Both the position numbers and the translations under genes were made by a program. This document shows positions 38,656 through 48,890 of a DNA stretch of 64,000 bases, piece by piece; positions within the stretch are counted from its first letter, which is position 1; every line of letters begins with the position of its first letter. The notes under the pieces are model-generated. The model saw only the letters and a program-made list of their open reading frames with translations. It searched no databases and had not been told where the DNA came from. The stretch is from contig OZ220741.1 of the NCBI GenBank assembly GCA_965116885.1, positions 1,664,001-1,728,000 of the forward strand, given 5' to 3'. This DNA comes from Candidatus Latescibacterota bacterium (lineage in GTDB: Bacteria > Latescibacterota > UBA2968).

Positions 38656-39384
38656 TTACTGCCCAAATCCGATGCTCACGCCTCCCCAAATGGTGCTGTT
38701 GTCGGGGTTGATTTTTGTATCGGCATAAGAAAATGCAAGGGTTGGTGCAATCGAAATTGCGCAAGCATTACAACTGAGAGAAGCTGTAATCGTGACATCG
38801 TTAAAACCCGTTTTATCTTCGTAGCTACTCATTGCAACACTTGCACCGATATTCAATACTTGCCCCTCTTCTGAGCCGAGCGGAATGTCATAGCCACCCG
38901 ACAAAGACACGTACCATGCCTCAACCAGACCAAAGTCGTAATAAAATGTCACTGCCGGTGATATGGCGTTATCCAGAGAAAGCCCAATATAAGCTTCTTG
39001 TGAGAGATTTGAGTCTTCATCCGCACTGGGGAATACATATTGAATATAACCAATGGAAATACCCAGGCCCATGTCGTCGCTCAAGGACCTCGAATAGTCG
39101 GCATAAAAGTCGAGTTCATCGACATTTTGGGTTTGGGTATCGGGATTTCTGTCATCAATGCGGTCCTGCACAAACCACGATCCCCACGCACCTATAGACA
39201 AACCCGTTTCACCGAATCCCACCTCAATGCCCGGCTGGGCCACGATTTTGTCATCGGCTCCGAGCACATAACCACGCCAAATATATCCCGTATAGCTATC
39301 CAGCGTAATACCGACCGACATCTGAGCATGTGCGGGGGCGATTAGAAAAATTCCTGCAAGCAAAATGCCACATAATTTCTTCAT
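38656..39384 (-). CDS. TorF/Gcw_chp-like putative outer-membrane porin
   Basis: Signal peptide AHA-Q; YTGYIWRGY, QPGIEV, WGSW, ELDFYADY, GYIQYVFP. Confidence 0.7.
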   Translation of the reverse strand: MKKLCGILLAGIFLIAPAHAQMSVGITLDSYTGYIWRGYVLGADDKIVAQPGIEVGFGETGLSIGAWGSWFVQDRIDDRNPDTQTQNVDELDFYADYSRSLSDDMGLGISIGYIQYVFPSADEDSNLSQEAYIGLSLDNAISPAVTFYYDFGLVEAWYVSLSGGYDIPLGSEEGQVLNIGASVAMSSYEDKTGFNDVTITASLSCNACAISIAPTLAFSYADTKINPDNSTIWGGVSIGFGQ

Positions 39385-39603
39385 AAGTCCCTCCTGACGA
39401 GTTTATACACAGTGATGCTATGACCTGTATGCAAAATTTTGTGGCGTACACACAGACCATATTTTGAATTTTGACACTTTTAGTTTTTCATTTTCTCCTT
39501 TCTAAGAATATATGCGGAAGATGTTTCATTGGGGTTTCTTAAACATAAAAAAAAATGAAATAAAAACCAAAAATACGTCCAATGTTTCAAGTGTGTAAAC
39601 GGC

Positions 39604-41289
39604 TTAAAAATAATAAATCAAATAAATTGCGAGAAAAATAATTGCGATGAGCACATTGCTTTGCGATAACCACGAACGGCCAAATAGGCCTCTATTATTG
39701 TGTTGTGTCTGAATAGTTGCAATGAGTTTTCGAACCCCTGCCTTTCCATTCTGAAAAAAGGCATTGACGAGCGGTCCACCTGTGTGGATCGTGGCGCGAA
39801 TACCTTTGGGTAGGGCGCGTCGGTAAATCCAGTCGAAGTCGAGATTGACACTGGGTTGTTCGGCTGGGTACCTGCCCGTTAGCATAAGGAAGGCAAATGC
39901 CAGCACGCCGTAGAAGACCAGTTGAAGTTGGAGCACGACATGGGTCGTGGTATAGGGCATGTAATCTATCGGATGCGGCAATAAGTTGTAGAGCAGCGGA
40001 GGATAAGCGCCTATGACCACACAGAGTATGGCTGAGATCGTCATGGCGATTCGCATGTTGAGGGGTGCTTCAGAACAGCGGATGCCTGCGTCGTGCGCGA
40101 AGAAAGAAAAAAATGGAATTTTGACACCTGCGTGGTGAAGCACGCCTGCCGATGCTGCTAACAGCACCAGCCAGATTGTCACAGCACCCATGTCGGCGAC
40201 GCCTTGCATAACCATGGGCTTGCTGATGAATGCATTGAATAGCGGAAGCGCGGAAATTGACGCGGCGCCTATCAGACAACAGGCACAGGTCCAGGGCATG
40301 GACTTGTAAAGTCCACCCAGGTCTGTGGCATTCATACGCCCGGTGCGATACAAGACAGCACCCATAGACATAAACAGTAGCCCTTTGAAGATCACGTCAT
40401 TGAATGCATGCGATACTGCGCCGTTAATACCCAGTGCGCCTCCCACGCCAATGCCGACGACCATAAATCCGATCTGGTTGATCATGCTATAGCTCAACAC
40501 GCGGCGCAGATCGTTTTCGATAACGGCAAAGAAAACCGGAAATATGGTCATGATCGCGCCGATGTAGATGAGCAGGTCTTCGCCGGCAAATCCGCGCGCG
40601 AGGGCATATACAGCGGCTTTGGTAGTGAATGCACTCAAAAATACGGTGCCTACGGGCGTGGATTCTGGATAGGCGTCAATCAGCCAGTTGTGGAGCAGGG
40701 GAAAGGCGCATTTGATTCCAAAGGATAGAAATATCAGGTAGTGATGTCCCTCATTTAGGCCGATGTGATCAAAGGCGAGAGATTTTGTGTGCAAAAAGTA
40801 GAATACCGCGCCGAGCAGGAGTAGCAAGCCCGAAGAGATGTGCATGACCAGATAGCGCATTCCCGACCGCAGTGCGCGCTCACCGCCGCGCGCCCACACG
40901 AGGAATACCGATGTGATCGCCAGCAATTCCCAGAAGATGAACAGGGTGATTAGATCGCCGGCAAATACCGCTCCAACCGCGGATCCCGCGTAGATTAATC
41001 CCGTGCCGATCTGCAACCGGTCTTTGAGGTGTAGCGCGTAAATTGCGCCGATAAAAGCCGCCAGATGGAAGAGGTAGCCAAATAGCATGCTCAAGCGATC
41101 TGCACGCAGTACGGTCAGTTCGTAGCCGCCATAGGTGATGTGCCACAGGGTGCCATCGGCAATGGTCAGCAGGTTTAAAAATCCGAGCACGGGCAAGCAT
41201 ATCGACGCGATGCGGCGCGGTGTGGTTGGCAGGCAAAATAATAACAGACCGCCCATGAGCAGGATTAGTGCGGGATGAATCTCACTCAT
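39604..41289 (-). CDS. Mrp Na+/H+ antiporter subunit D-like (third paralogue)
   Basis: LFIFWE, IKCAFPLLHNWLIDAYP, RRVLSYS, HAFNDVIFKGLLF. Confidence 0.9.
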   Translation of the reverse strand: MSEIHPALILLMGGLLLFCLPTTPRRIASICLPVLGFLNLLTIADGTLWHITYGGYELTVLRADRLSMLFGYLFHLAAFIGAIYALHLKDRLQIGTGLIYAGSAVGAVFAGDLITLFIFWELLAITSVFLVWARGGERALRSGMRYLVMHISSGLLLLLGAVFYFLHTKSLAFDHIGLNEGHHYLIFLSFGIKCAFPLLHNWLIDAYPESTPVGTVFLSAFTTKAAVYALARGFAGEDLLIYIGAIMTIFPVFFAVIENDLRRVLSYSMINQIGFMVVGIGVGGALGINGAVSHAFNDVIFKGLLFMSMGAVLYRTGRMNATDLGGLYKSMPWTCACCLIGAASISALPLFNAFISKPMVMQGVADMGAVTIWLVLLAASAGVLHHAGVKIPFFSFFAHDAGIRCSEAPLNMRIAMTISAILCVVIGAYPPLLYNLLPHPIDYMPYTTTHVVLQLQLVFYGVLAFAFLMLTGRYPAEQPSVNLDFDWIYRRALPKGIRATIHTGGPLVNAFFQNGKAGVRKLIATIQTQHNNRGLFGRSWLSQSNVLIAIIFLAIYLIYYF

Positions 41290-41566
41290 CGTAATAGTCC
41301 TCTGATCGCATGATCATTTTTCGCAAGGGTATGGCCCCCATGACGATCAATGTGCAGGCGACGAATCCGTAAATGGCGTAAAATCCAAACCAGCCTTCAA
41401 CTGGCAACTCGCCTTCGGCAAACGTCAGGTGCCGATGCACGATGAGGTCGGTCAGGATCAATAACGCACAACAGACAAAAAAGCAGAGAATCAAGCGGCG
41501 CACATTGCCGGGATTGTCAAAAATATGTGGGCGTTCATTCGCATCAGGATATTCGGAATGGTTCAT
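41282..41566 (-). CDS. Small two-TM protein inside mrp operon
   Basis: Overlaps both neighbours; FYAIYGFVAC..LRKMIMRSEDYYD. Confidence 0.75.
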   Translation of the reverse strand: MNHSEYPDANERPHIFDNPGNVRRLILCFFVCCALLILTDLIVHRHLTFAEGELPVEGWFGFYAIYGFVACTLIVMGAIPLRKMIMRSEDYYDE

Positions 41567-43032
41567 GGCATGGCCTCTCCGATCATGAGCAACAGGTTCA
41601 GTACAGGGTCGGGATAGATATAGAGTACCAGGCAGCCGATGGCTGTAAATGATAAGGGGAGCACACAGGCAAGCGGTGCTTCGTACAGGCCGTCTGCGTG
41701 ATGGTCATCGGTTGCGGATGCAAAAAATGCATAGATGGGAATTGGCAACAAATAGAGGACGTTGAGTAGGGAACTGATGAGCAATACGCCTGCCGCGACG
41801 TAGCGATGGGCTTCAATAGAAGCCAGGACCAGATACCACTTGCTCCACGCGCCTGCAAAAGGCGGAATTCCGATAATGCTCAACGCACCGATCAAAAAGG
41901 CGAACATGGTAAATGGCATCTGCCGTCCAATGCCTTTCATGTCGCTGATTTCTGTTTTGTGCAAAGCCACCAGGATGGCTCCGGCACAGAAGAACAGGGT
42001 GATTTTGCCAAAGGCATGCGTTACGATGTGCATGCTGCCGCCCAGTACACCCAAATCATTTGCAAGCGATGCTCCCAGCACGATGTAGGATAACTGGCTG
42101 ATTGTGGAATACGCCAGTCGCGCTTTCAAGTTGTCTTTTGTCATCGCTACCAGCGATCCCACCAGAATGGTGAAGCCCGCGATGTAGGTCAGCCATTCGC
42201 TGAGACCCGCACCCGAAAGCAGATCTGTGCCAAAGAGGTAGATCACCACTTTCATTATTGTGAATACGCCGGCTTTTACCACGGCTACTGCATGCAATAA
42301 TGCACTGACAGGCGTGGGTGCGACCATTGCTGCGGGCAACCATCGGTGGAATGGCATTAACGCCGCTTTTCCGGTTCCAAAGGCATAGAGACCGAGGAGG
42401 ACGATTACAATGCCTTCGCTCGCTTTGCCGGTTAGAATGCCGCCCGGTGTAAATTCCAGCGTGCCGGTCAATTGCCAGGTCCACACCATGCCCAGCAACA
42501 AGAATCCCACGGAAGTACTCATCAAAATGCCCATGTAAATGCGCCCGGCGCGCATGGCTTCTTCACTGCGATGGTGCGTTACAAGTGGATATGTCGATAG
42601 GGTCAAGACCTCGTAAAATATGAACAGGGTAAACATGTTGCGGGCAAATGCCACGCCCAGAGCAGCCGAGATCGCAAATGCGAAGAATACAAAAAATCGC
42701 GTCTGATTTTCTTCGTGATGCCCGCGCATGTACCCGATGGCATAGATCGTGGTGACAATCCACAAACCCGACGCGATGAGGGCAAATATCATGCCCAATG
42801 GCTCTATCTGAAATGCCAGTGATAGGCCCGGCATTACGTCTATGATATGCGCGGCGGGCTGTGCGCCGTCCATCACCGAAGGCAAAAGTGAGACTACAGT
42901 GCCAAAGGTCAATACAGCCGTAATCAACGTGATTGTTTCACGCACATTGGGGCTGCGCGAGGTCAGTGCAATAAAGGGCATGCCCAGAAGCGGTAACGCG
43001 ATGGATACGAGTATGGCGGTTGATCCACTCAC
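41563..43032 (-). CDS. Mrp antiporter subunit D-like (second paralogue)
   Basis: GTG start overlapping upstream TGA; FIFYE, KAALMPFHRWLP.AMVAPTPVSALLH, LAYSTISQLSY. Confidence 0.92.
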   Translation of the reverse strand: MSGSTAILVSIALPLLGMPFIALTSRSPNVRETITLITAVLTFGTVVSLLPSVMDGAQPAAHIIDVMPGLSLAFQIEPLGMIFALIASGLWIVTTIYAIGYMRGHHEENQTRFFVFFAFAISAALGVAFARNMFTLFIFYEVLTLSTYPLVTHHRSEEAMRAGRIYMGILMSTSVGFLLLGMVWTWQLTGTLEFTPGGILTGKASEGIVIVLLGLYAFGTGKAALMPFHRWLPAAMVAPTPVSALLHAVAVVKAGVFTIMKVVIYLFGTDLLSGAGLSEWLTYIAGFTILVGSLVAMTKDNLKARLAYSTISQLSYIVLGASLANDLGVLGGSMHIVTHAFGKITLFFCAGAILVALHKTEISDMKGIGRQMPFTMFAFLIGALSIIGIPPFAGAWSKWYLVLASIEAHRYVAAGVLLISSLLNVLYLLPIPIYAFFASATDDHHADGLYEAPLACVLPLSFTAIGCLVLYIYPDPVLNLLLMIGEAMP

Positions 43033-44507
43033 GGCGTTACCCCTATCAATAATTCGGCGGCGCGTTGTGCCACGTTGACGGTCAAGTCCGTTTGAATACC
43101 AAAATACACTGTCGCTCCTGTCAAAATCCACATGGAGATCTGCATCATTAACGGCGCTTCTTTTACATTGGCGTCATCATCGGCTTTCTGAAAGTAGGCC
43201 ACTTCAACGACGCGCCACACATATACTACGGCGAGCAGGGAACTGAGCAAGGCGAGCAGTGCTACGGGCCACCATCCGGCTTCCAGCGCGGCCAGGATCA
43301 AATACCACTTGCTGATAAAGCCCACGGTTAACGGCACGCCAATCAAGCTCAAACCCGCCAGTACAAAAGCCGCCATGGTCACGGGCATGCGCCGCCCAAG
43401 TCCTTTCCAGTCGGCAAGATCAGAGGATCCAAGGCGCAACACCGCGCAGCCCACGGCCAAAAATAGGGCGGCTTTCATCAGGGCGTGATTAAACAGGTGA
43501 ACAATCCCGCCCGTCAATCCGGTTACGGAAACAAAGCCGATGCCCAGCATCATATACCCGATTTGAGCCACGCTGGAATAGGCCAATAATCGCTTTATAT
43601 TTGTCTGGTAAATGGCGGATAGAGATGCCACGTAAATCCCGATGAGGGATAGGGGGATTAAAAAGGCATCGAGGTTGAGTTTTTCAAATACAAATTCGGT
43701 ACCCCATACGGTAAATGTGAACCTCAGAAACACGTAGATGGATACTTTTGTCGCTGTTGCTGCCAGGAAAGCCGTGATCAGAGAGGGCGCGTAACAATAG
43801 GCATTGGGCAACCACATGTGCATGGGGAACATCGCCAGTTTGATCAACATGCCCACGGTTAAGAAGGCGAATGCGACCATTGCGGTGCGCGTTTCAAACA
43901 TGGCGGGCAAGCGCTGGGATAGATCAAACATATTTAGCGTGCCGGTCATCATGTACATCAGTCCGATGCCGATGACAATAAATGTGGCTCCCAATGTGCC
44001 CATGATTAAATATTGATAAGACGCGGTCAGTGCGCGCCGGTCACGTCCCATGGCAATCAGGGTATAGGACGATAGCGATGAAATTTCCAAAAATACAAAG
44101 ACGTTAAACGCATCGCCCGTGATTGTAATGCCCATCAATCCGGTGAGACACAGCAGATAAGCTGTATAAAACAAATAATGCTGCTTACTGGAAATTTCAT
44201 CGGTCACGCTCGGCAGTGCAAAAAACATCAGCACGGCGGCGATGATCGAAACCAGTAGCAGCACAAAAGCATTGATTGTATCGACGCGATATTCGATGCC
44301 CCAGGGGGCAATCCATCCGCCTATTGCATACGAGATCACGCCTTCTTCAAGCACGCGCATGAGCAGCATAGATGCCAAGCCCAAAGAGGCGACACACACG
44401 AGAGATGCAAAAGCCCACACCAGCGTTTTTTGTCGCAATAACACACATAAGGGGGCCGATACAAGGGGTACGACGATCAACAATATGGGCAGATGCATAT
44501 CAATCAT
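43029..44507 (-). CDS. mrpD: Mrp antiporter subunit D
   Basis: GWIAPWGIE, DAFNVFVFLEI, IKLAMFPMHMWLP, KRLLAYSS. Confidence 0.92.
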   Translation of the reverse strand: MIDMHLPILLIVVPLVSAPLCVLLRQKTLVWAFASLVCVASLGLASMLLMRVLEEGVISYAIGGWIAPWGIEYRVDTINAFVLLLVSIIAAVLMFFALPSVTDEISSKQHYLFYTAYLLCLTGLMGITITGDAFNVFVFLEISSLSSYTLIAMGRDRRALTASYQYLIMGTLGATFIVIGIGLMYMMTGTLNMFDLSQRLPAMFETRTAMVAFAFLTVGMLIKLAMFPMHMWLPNAYCYAPSLITAFLAATATKVSIYVFLRFTFTVWGTEFVFEKLNLDAFLIPLSLIGIYVASLSAIYQTNIKRLLAYSSVAQIGYMMLGIGFVSVTGLTGGIVHLFNHALMKAALFLAVGCAVLRLGSSDLADWKGLGRRMPVTMAAFVLAGLSLIGVPLTVGFISKWYLILAALEAGWWPVALLALLSSLLAVVYVWRVVEVAYFQKADDDANVKEAPLMMQISMWILTGATVYFGIQTDLTVNVAQRAAELLIGVTP

Positions 44508-44856
44508 TCACGCGGTCCCGTTCTATAATTTCATCTTCCTCAATTGTATCATAAGCTTCTCCAATTCGCACGACGAGTGCCAATCCCAGGGAGAGGGTTG
44601 CGATGCCTACGACAATTGCCGTCAGGATGAGTACATGGGGCAATGGGTTGGAATACGCTTCAATACCTTCACCCAGAATGGGCGCAGTGCCGCCGCTGAC
44701 TTTTCCTATGCTGATATAGAGCAAGAAAACCGAAACCTGGAAGATACTCAGGCCAATCAATTTTTTGACGAGATTGGGGCGCGCAATTGCGGTGTACAAT
44801 CCAATCATCATCAAGACCATACAGGCCCAGTAGTTGAACAATCCGACAGAGATCAT
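44500..44856 (-). CDS. mrpC: Mrp antiporter subunit C
   Basis: NLVKKLIGL, NPLPHVLILTAIVVG. Confidence 0.93.
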   Translation of the reverse strand: MISVGLFNYWACMVLMMIGLYTAIARPNLVKKLIGLSIFQVSVFLLYISIGKVSGGTAPILGEGIEAYSNPLPHVLILTAIVVGIATLSLGLALVVRIGEAYDTIEEDEIIERDRVND

Positions 44857-45278
44857 CGCAGTCGCCTCCGACCTGCAAATGAAAAAAAGATGGCTATCAT
44901 TACTGCGGCTACGGTAATACCCACGCCGAGTTCGACCAGGAAGATGCCCAGGTGTTGTCCGTGCGGTGGGTCGGCCGGATCCAGAGCAGTATAATTCAGG
45001 AAGTTGTAACCGAGAAATAGGGAGACCAATCCCGTGCCCGCATAGAGCAAGACGCCGAGTGCGACGAGCGTTTCAATGACCCGGGGTTTTACAATTTGTT
45101 TTGCGGCTTGTAGGCCAAAAATGAGCGTGTAGAGCACCACTGCCGCGGCAAAAATCACACCGGCTTGAAACCCGCCTCCGGGTCCGAAGTCGCCGTGAAA
45201 TTGCACGTAGAGCGCGAATAACAGTATCGGCGGAATTAACCACTTGCCCACTACGCGGGGAATACTCTGATGTCTCAT
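44853..45278 (-). CDS. mrpB: Mrp antiporter subunit B
   Basis: HGDFGPGGGFQAGVI, ELGVGITV. Confidence 0.92.
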   Translation of the reverse strand: MRHQSIPRVVGKWLIPPILLFALYVQFHGDFGPGGGFQAGVIFAAAVVLYTLIFGLQAAKQIVKPRVIETLVALGVLLYAGTGLVSLFLGYNFLNYTALDPADPPHGQHLGIFLVELGVGITVAAVMIAIFFSFAGRRRLR

Positions 45279-45820
45279 TGCTCGTCCTCCTTGCGCCAGA
45301 TATGTCCCAGGAGCAATATTACGCCGATACCAGCCGTAAAAATCACGGCTACTTCACCCAGTGTATCGTATCCCCGGTAGCTCGCCAATACCGATGTTAC
45401 AATATTGGGGATTCCCATTTCTTCTCCCGATTTTTCAATATAGCGATTGGCAACGTGTGTGTGAACGGGCGCATTGGGGTCGCCGAACATCGGCATGTCC
45501 AGTGTGCCGTAAATAAGCGCGCTACCCGTAATGAGTACGACGAGTAGTGCCAATGCATTATTTTTTTGAGCAACTTTTTCTGCGCGCGTCGTCAATGATA
45601 ATGTGCCCAGGAGGAGCACGGTTGACACACCGGCTCCGACAGCCGCTTCGGTAAATGCGACATCGACGGCGTCGAGCAATGTAAATACGATAGCCGCGAG
45701 AAAGCTGAATATGCCCATCATCATTGCGGCCATAAACAAATTGTGCATTCGGGATACCGCAATCGCGAGTACGATCATAAAAGACAGCAGGGCGATGTCC
45801 AGTATTTCAGTCATGCTCAT
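45275..45820 (-). CDS. DUF4040/MbhD-E-like Mrp subunit (equivalent to MrpA C-terminal region)
   Basis: AVDVAFTEAAVGAG, NIVTSVLASYRGYDTLGE. Confidence 0.88.
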   Translation of the reverse strand: MSMTEILDIALLSFMIVLAIAVSRMHNLFMAAMMMGIFSFLAAIVFTLLDAVDVAFTEAAVGAGVSTVLLLGTLSLTTRAEKVAQKNNALALLVVLITGSALIYGTLDMPMFGDPNAPVHTHVANRYIEKSGEEMGIPNIVTSVLASYRGYDTLGEVAVIFTAGIGVILLLGHIWRKEDEQ

Positions 45821-46139
45821 TTTTCCCTTTGTTGTCGGGGTCGTCAACAAAAGGCTTGAGGCCCGACGTAAATGCCGCTTTGCCTACCGCGTGGGTCGAT
45901 GTGGGGCTGGTGATGAGCAATATCACCAGAATCATCACCAGTTTTACTGTGACCGTTGTCAGACCGCCCTGAAACATCAGCCCCAGCAGGACGAGGCCCG
46001 CCCCCAGTGTGTCGGTAACACCACCGCCGTGCATGCGGCTGTAAAAATCGGGTAAGCGCAAGAGCCCCAGGCCGCCTATCATGCACAGAATACATCCCGG
46101 GATAAGGCAAATCCAGCTCAATATATCGACAATCGTCAT
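45807..46139 (-). CDS. mrpG: Mrp antiporter subunit G
   Basis: GLLRLPDFYSRMH, ITSPTSTHAV. Confidence 0.93.
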   Translation of the reverse strand: MTIVDILSWICLIPGCILCMIGGLGLLRLPDFYSRMHGGGVTDTLGAGLVLLGLMFQGGLTTVTVKLVMILVILLITSPTSTHAVGKAAFTSGLKPFVDDPDNKGKNEHD

Positions 46140-46426
46140 GGTGTTTGGGTCCTGTTTTGTTCTTCCGGATCGGCACCCAGGTCATTATAGGTCACAAATT
46201 TTAGAACGGCCAATGTGCCGATAAAGTTGATCAATACATAAATAAGGGCGAGGTCCAGAAAGTCGGGTCGGTCAGTTAAAAATCCGAGTACAGCAATAAA
46301 TAATACGGTTTTGGTGCCAAACATATTTACCGATAGGATGCGATCGTACACAGTTGGCCCCAATAGGGCGCGGCAAAGTGCCAGTGCCATGGTGACCAAT
46401 ATGCCGATCATTGCCGCAATAAACAT
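46136..46426 (-). CDS. mrpF: Mrp antiporter subunit F
   Basis: GPTVYDRIL, LDLALIY..INFIGT. Confidence 0.93.
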   Translation of the reverse strand: MFIAAMIGILVTMALALCRALLGPTVYDRILSVNMFGTKTVLFIAVLGFLTDRPDFLDLALIYVLINFIGTLAVLKFVTYNDLGADPEEQNRTQTP

Positions 46427-46427
46427 C

Positions 46428-46907
46428 TCATTGCTCCAGTGCCGTCGTCACGCGGCGGTCCATATCGCCGCTCTGTACATCGTCAGCGGCTTCTTTTGTC
46501 AGGGCATGTACCACAATATCTTCTTCGTCCAGGTCGAGTGACACAGTGCCGGGGGTCAGGGTTATTGAATTGGCAAAAATGACGCGACAGAGATCGGTTT
46601 TTTGCGTTCCCGTTACACGCACGATGCGCGGGGCAATGGGCAATCTGGGATTCAAAATGCGTTTTGCCACGTCGATATTCGCTTTGATAATGGCCCAGGC
46701 CAGCCACGGAATATACACAATCAGGTGTCGGGCCAGATTAATCTGGATCCCTTCTTCATCTACAATAGATAGACGTCCCGCCAGATAAACGACAAAAGCG
46801 CAGGACAATATACCCATGGTGAGGACCAGCGCGTGTTCAAGCGTATAATGTCCAGACCAGAGTAGCCAGAGGATAAATGACAAAACGAAAAAAAAGATGT
46901 ATCGCAT
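46428..46907 (-). CDS. mrpE: Mrp antiporter subunit E
   Basis: ANIDVAKRIL, FANSITLTPGT, VHAL; ATG 46907. Confidence 0.93.
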   Translation of the reverse strand: MRYIFFFVLSFILWLLWSGHYTLEHALVLTMGILSCAFVVYLAGRLSIVDEEGIQINLARHLIVYIPWLAWAIIKANIDVAKRILNPRLPIAPRIVRVTGTQKTDLCRVIFANSITLTPGTVSLDLDEEDIVVHALTKEAADDVQSGDMDRRVTTALEQ

Positions 46908-47135
46908 ATAAACCTCGGATGAAAGCATGGGGGCGGTTCCTATGCCGTCCTCAGAGTCAGCCTACCGAAAAGGCACAAAAAACCCATTCGTTCGCCCGAA
47001 TAGAGTGGATGTGCGAACTATTCTATTTAATATTTTTCAACGCAAAAAATCAAGCGAAATATCTCATCGCGTCTTATCTTGTAGGCGGGTTATTTATTAT
47101 TGAGCAACTGCTTAATTAATAGAAAGGTACAGTCG

Positions 47136-47435
47136 GTGTCAACTATTCTGATCGCATATCTGTTTACAGCACTTATTTTTGGATTTTTTCTCTATTATTT
47201 TGTTTGGCGAAATCGCTATGTGACGCAGATTCGCCTATCTGTTTACAAAGTTGAAGGGCGGGTTGTGAGTATTGAGCGCGTGGTGAGAGAGATTCAGGTG
47301 AATGAGCATCGGGATCTGCTGGCATTAAAACGCATTGAGTGGAAGGTTATTTACAAAGACCGGGATGACAATCTCTGCGAGACCCGCTGCCGCGTTCAAG
47401 GAGGACAACTCGACTGGCATCCTCCGTTGAGGTGA
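47136..47435 (+). CDS. Small hypothetical protein with N-terminal membrane anchor
   Basis: GTG start after AAAGG; TM ILIAYLFTALIFGFFLYYFVW followed by a beta-rich soluble part. Confidence 0.5.
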   Translation: MSTILIAYLFTALIFGFFLYYFVWRNRYVTQIRLSVYKVEGRVVSIERVVREIQVNEHRDLLALKRIEWKVIYKDRDDNLCETRCRVQGGQLDWHPPLR

Positions 47436-47438
47436 CTG

Positions 47439-47663
47439 TCACACCTTTTCCGCAATGGAGACGGTGTTCTGATCTTTTTGCGCTTTTTTGCGACGTGGGC
47501 ATGTAAAGCAGGCCGAGTCTTCGTCGAGGCTCTGTTCATGGGTTTCCAGGATGTCGCCACAACAACTCTGCTGCTTTTTCTTGTACTGTGCAAATGTCAG
47601 AGCACCTGCCATGAACGCAAATGCTATGATGAGAAAGATCGTCGCTGTCAATATTGTTTCCAT
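47439..47663 (-). CDS. NqrM-like small Cys-rich membrane protein
   Basis: One TM, basic stretch, SCCG..CFTC; directly downstream of apbE and near nqrA-F. Confidence 0.6.
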   Translation of the reverse strand: METILTATIFLIIAFAFMAGALTFAQYKKKQQSCCGDILETHEQSLDEDSACFTCPRRKKAQKDQNTVSIAEKV

Positions 47664-47673
47664 GTTAGAGTCC

Positions 47674-48678
47674 TTATTTGAGCAATGTCTCAAAATTAGA
47701 CGTCATTTTTTCCACGAATCCATCCCCCTGTCGTACAATCATAAATACGGCGAGATTGTGTTTTTCTGCATAAGCAAATCCCGTTTCCGGTCCCATTACA
47801 TTGATCGCCGTGGCCAGTCCATCGGCGTAGGCGCAGCTTTTGTGTAGTACTGTTACGGAGGCCAGGGCGTGTGTTATCGGTCGTCCGGTGCGCGGGTCGA
47901 TGGTGTGGGAATACCGTATGCCGTCGCGTTCAAAATAGTTGTGGTAATCGCCCGATGTCGCCATGGACATGTTGTTCAGGACGAGTGCTTTTTGTAGTTC
48001 GCCCTGTCCCGCGGGGCTGGCAATGCCAATTCGCCAGAGTTGTCTCAGGTGATTGTGTCCCTTTGTCCGCAGTTCGCCACCGATTTCGATAAAATAGCGA
48101 TTGATGCCCAAACTGTCCAGATAACTCGCTATGCGATCTACGCCAAATCCCTTGGCGATTGCGGATAAGTCGCAATAGATTTCGGGTCGTTCTTTTTTTA
48201 TGGTGGGAACGGATAAGTCAATGTGAATTTTTTCATAGCCGACCAGTGTTCTGCGAGCGTCAATTGAGTCGGGCGACGGCACGCGCTCGGGGATGGCGTT
48301 GGGTCCAAAACCCCACAGGTTGACCAGCGGCCCGATGGTGACGTCAAACGCGCCGTCGGACCAGGTGCTAATTTCATGAGCGATGTGTAAAACATAAGCA
48401 AAGTCCGATGAGACTGCAAACCAGTCTGTTGAAGGCGAGCGGTTGAATTGGGTGATTTCGGAGTTGTCCTGATAAGTGGACATCTGGCGATTGACTTCTT
48501 CCAATCGCGCATTGATTTCTCGGTCCAATACATCCGCGTCAAGAGTTTGGTCTTTTTGGACGATTTTGACCTGAAACGTCGTTCCCATCGTCGAACCGGA
48601 GATCGTTATCATCTGATCCTGACATCCGATAATAGTTGAGATCGAGATTAAAAAGAAGCAACGCCAAATTCTGTCCAT
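47674..48678 (-). CDS. apbE: FAD:protein FMN transferase ApbE (lipoprotein)
   Basis: Lipobox IIGC; GSTMGT, GAFDVTIGPLV.LWGF, DLSAIAKGFGVD, ATSGDY, HTIDPRTG; alternative start 48711. Confidence 0.95.
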   Translation of the reverse strand: MDRIWRCFFLISISTIIGCQDQMITISGSTMGTTFQVKIVQKDQTLDADVLDREINARLEEVNRQMSTYQDNSEITQFNRSPSTDWFAVSSDFAYVLHIAHEISTWSDGAFDVTIGPLVNLWGFGPNAIPERVPSPDSIDARRTLVGYEKIHIDLSVPTIKKERPEIYCDLSAIAKGFGVDRIASYLDSLGINRYFIEIGGELRTKGHNHLRQLWRIGIASPAGQGELQKALVLNNMSMATSGDYHNYFERDGIRYSHTIDPRTGRPITHALASVTVLHKSCAYADGLATAINVMGPETGFAYAEKHNLAVFMIVRQGDGFVEKMTSNFETLLK

Positions 48679-48890
48679 TACCCCAAATGTCGTGTTGAAA
48701 AAACGCATCACTGTCTCTCTATCTCAGGCATTAGTGATTCTGAATGGGAATTGGGAATCATATAGCGATACTTATATCCTCCCTGTACGCACACTCTACC
48801 TATCGCTTCACTCCAAAATATATTTTAAAATCCGATCATACTGTAAATATAAATAATTTCAATAGTTTATACAAGTATTATTAAACTCAT

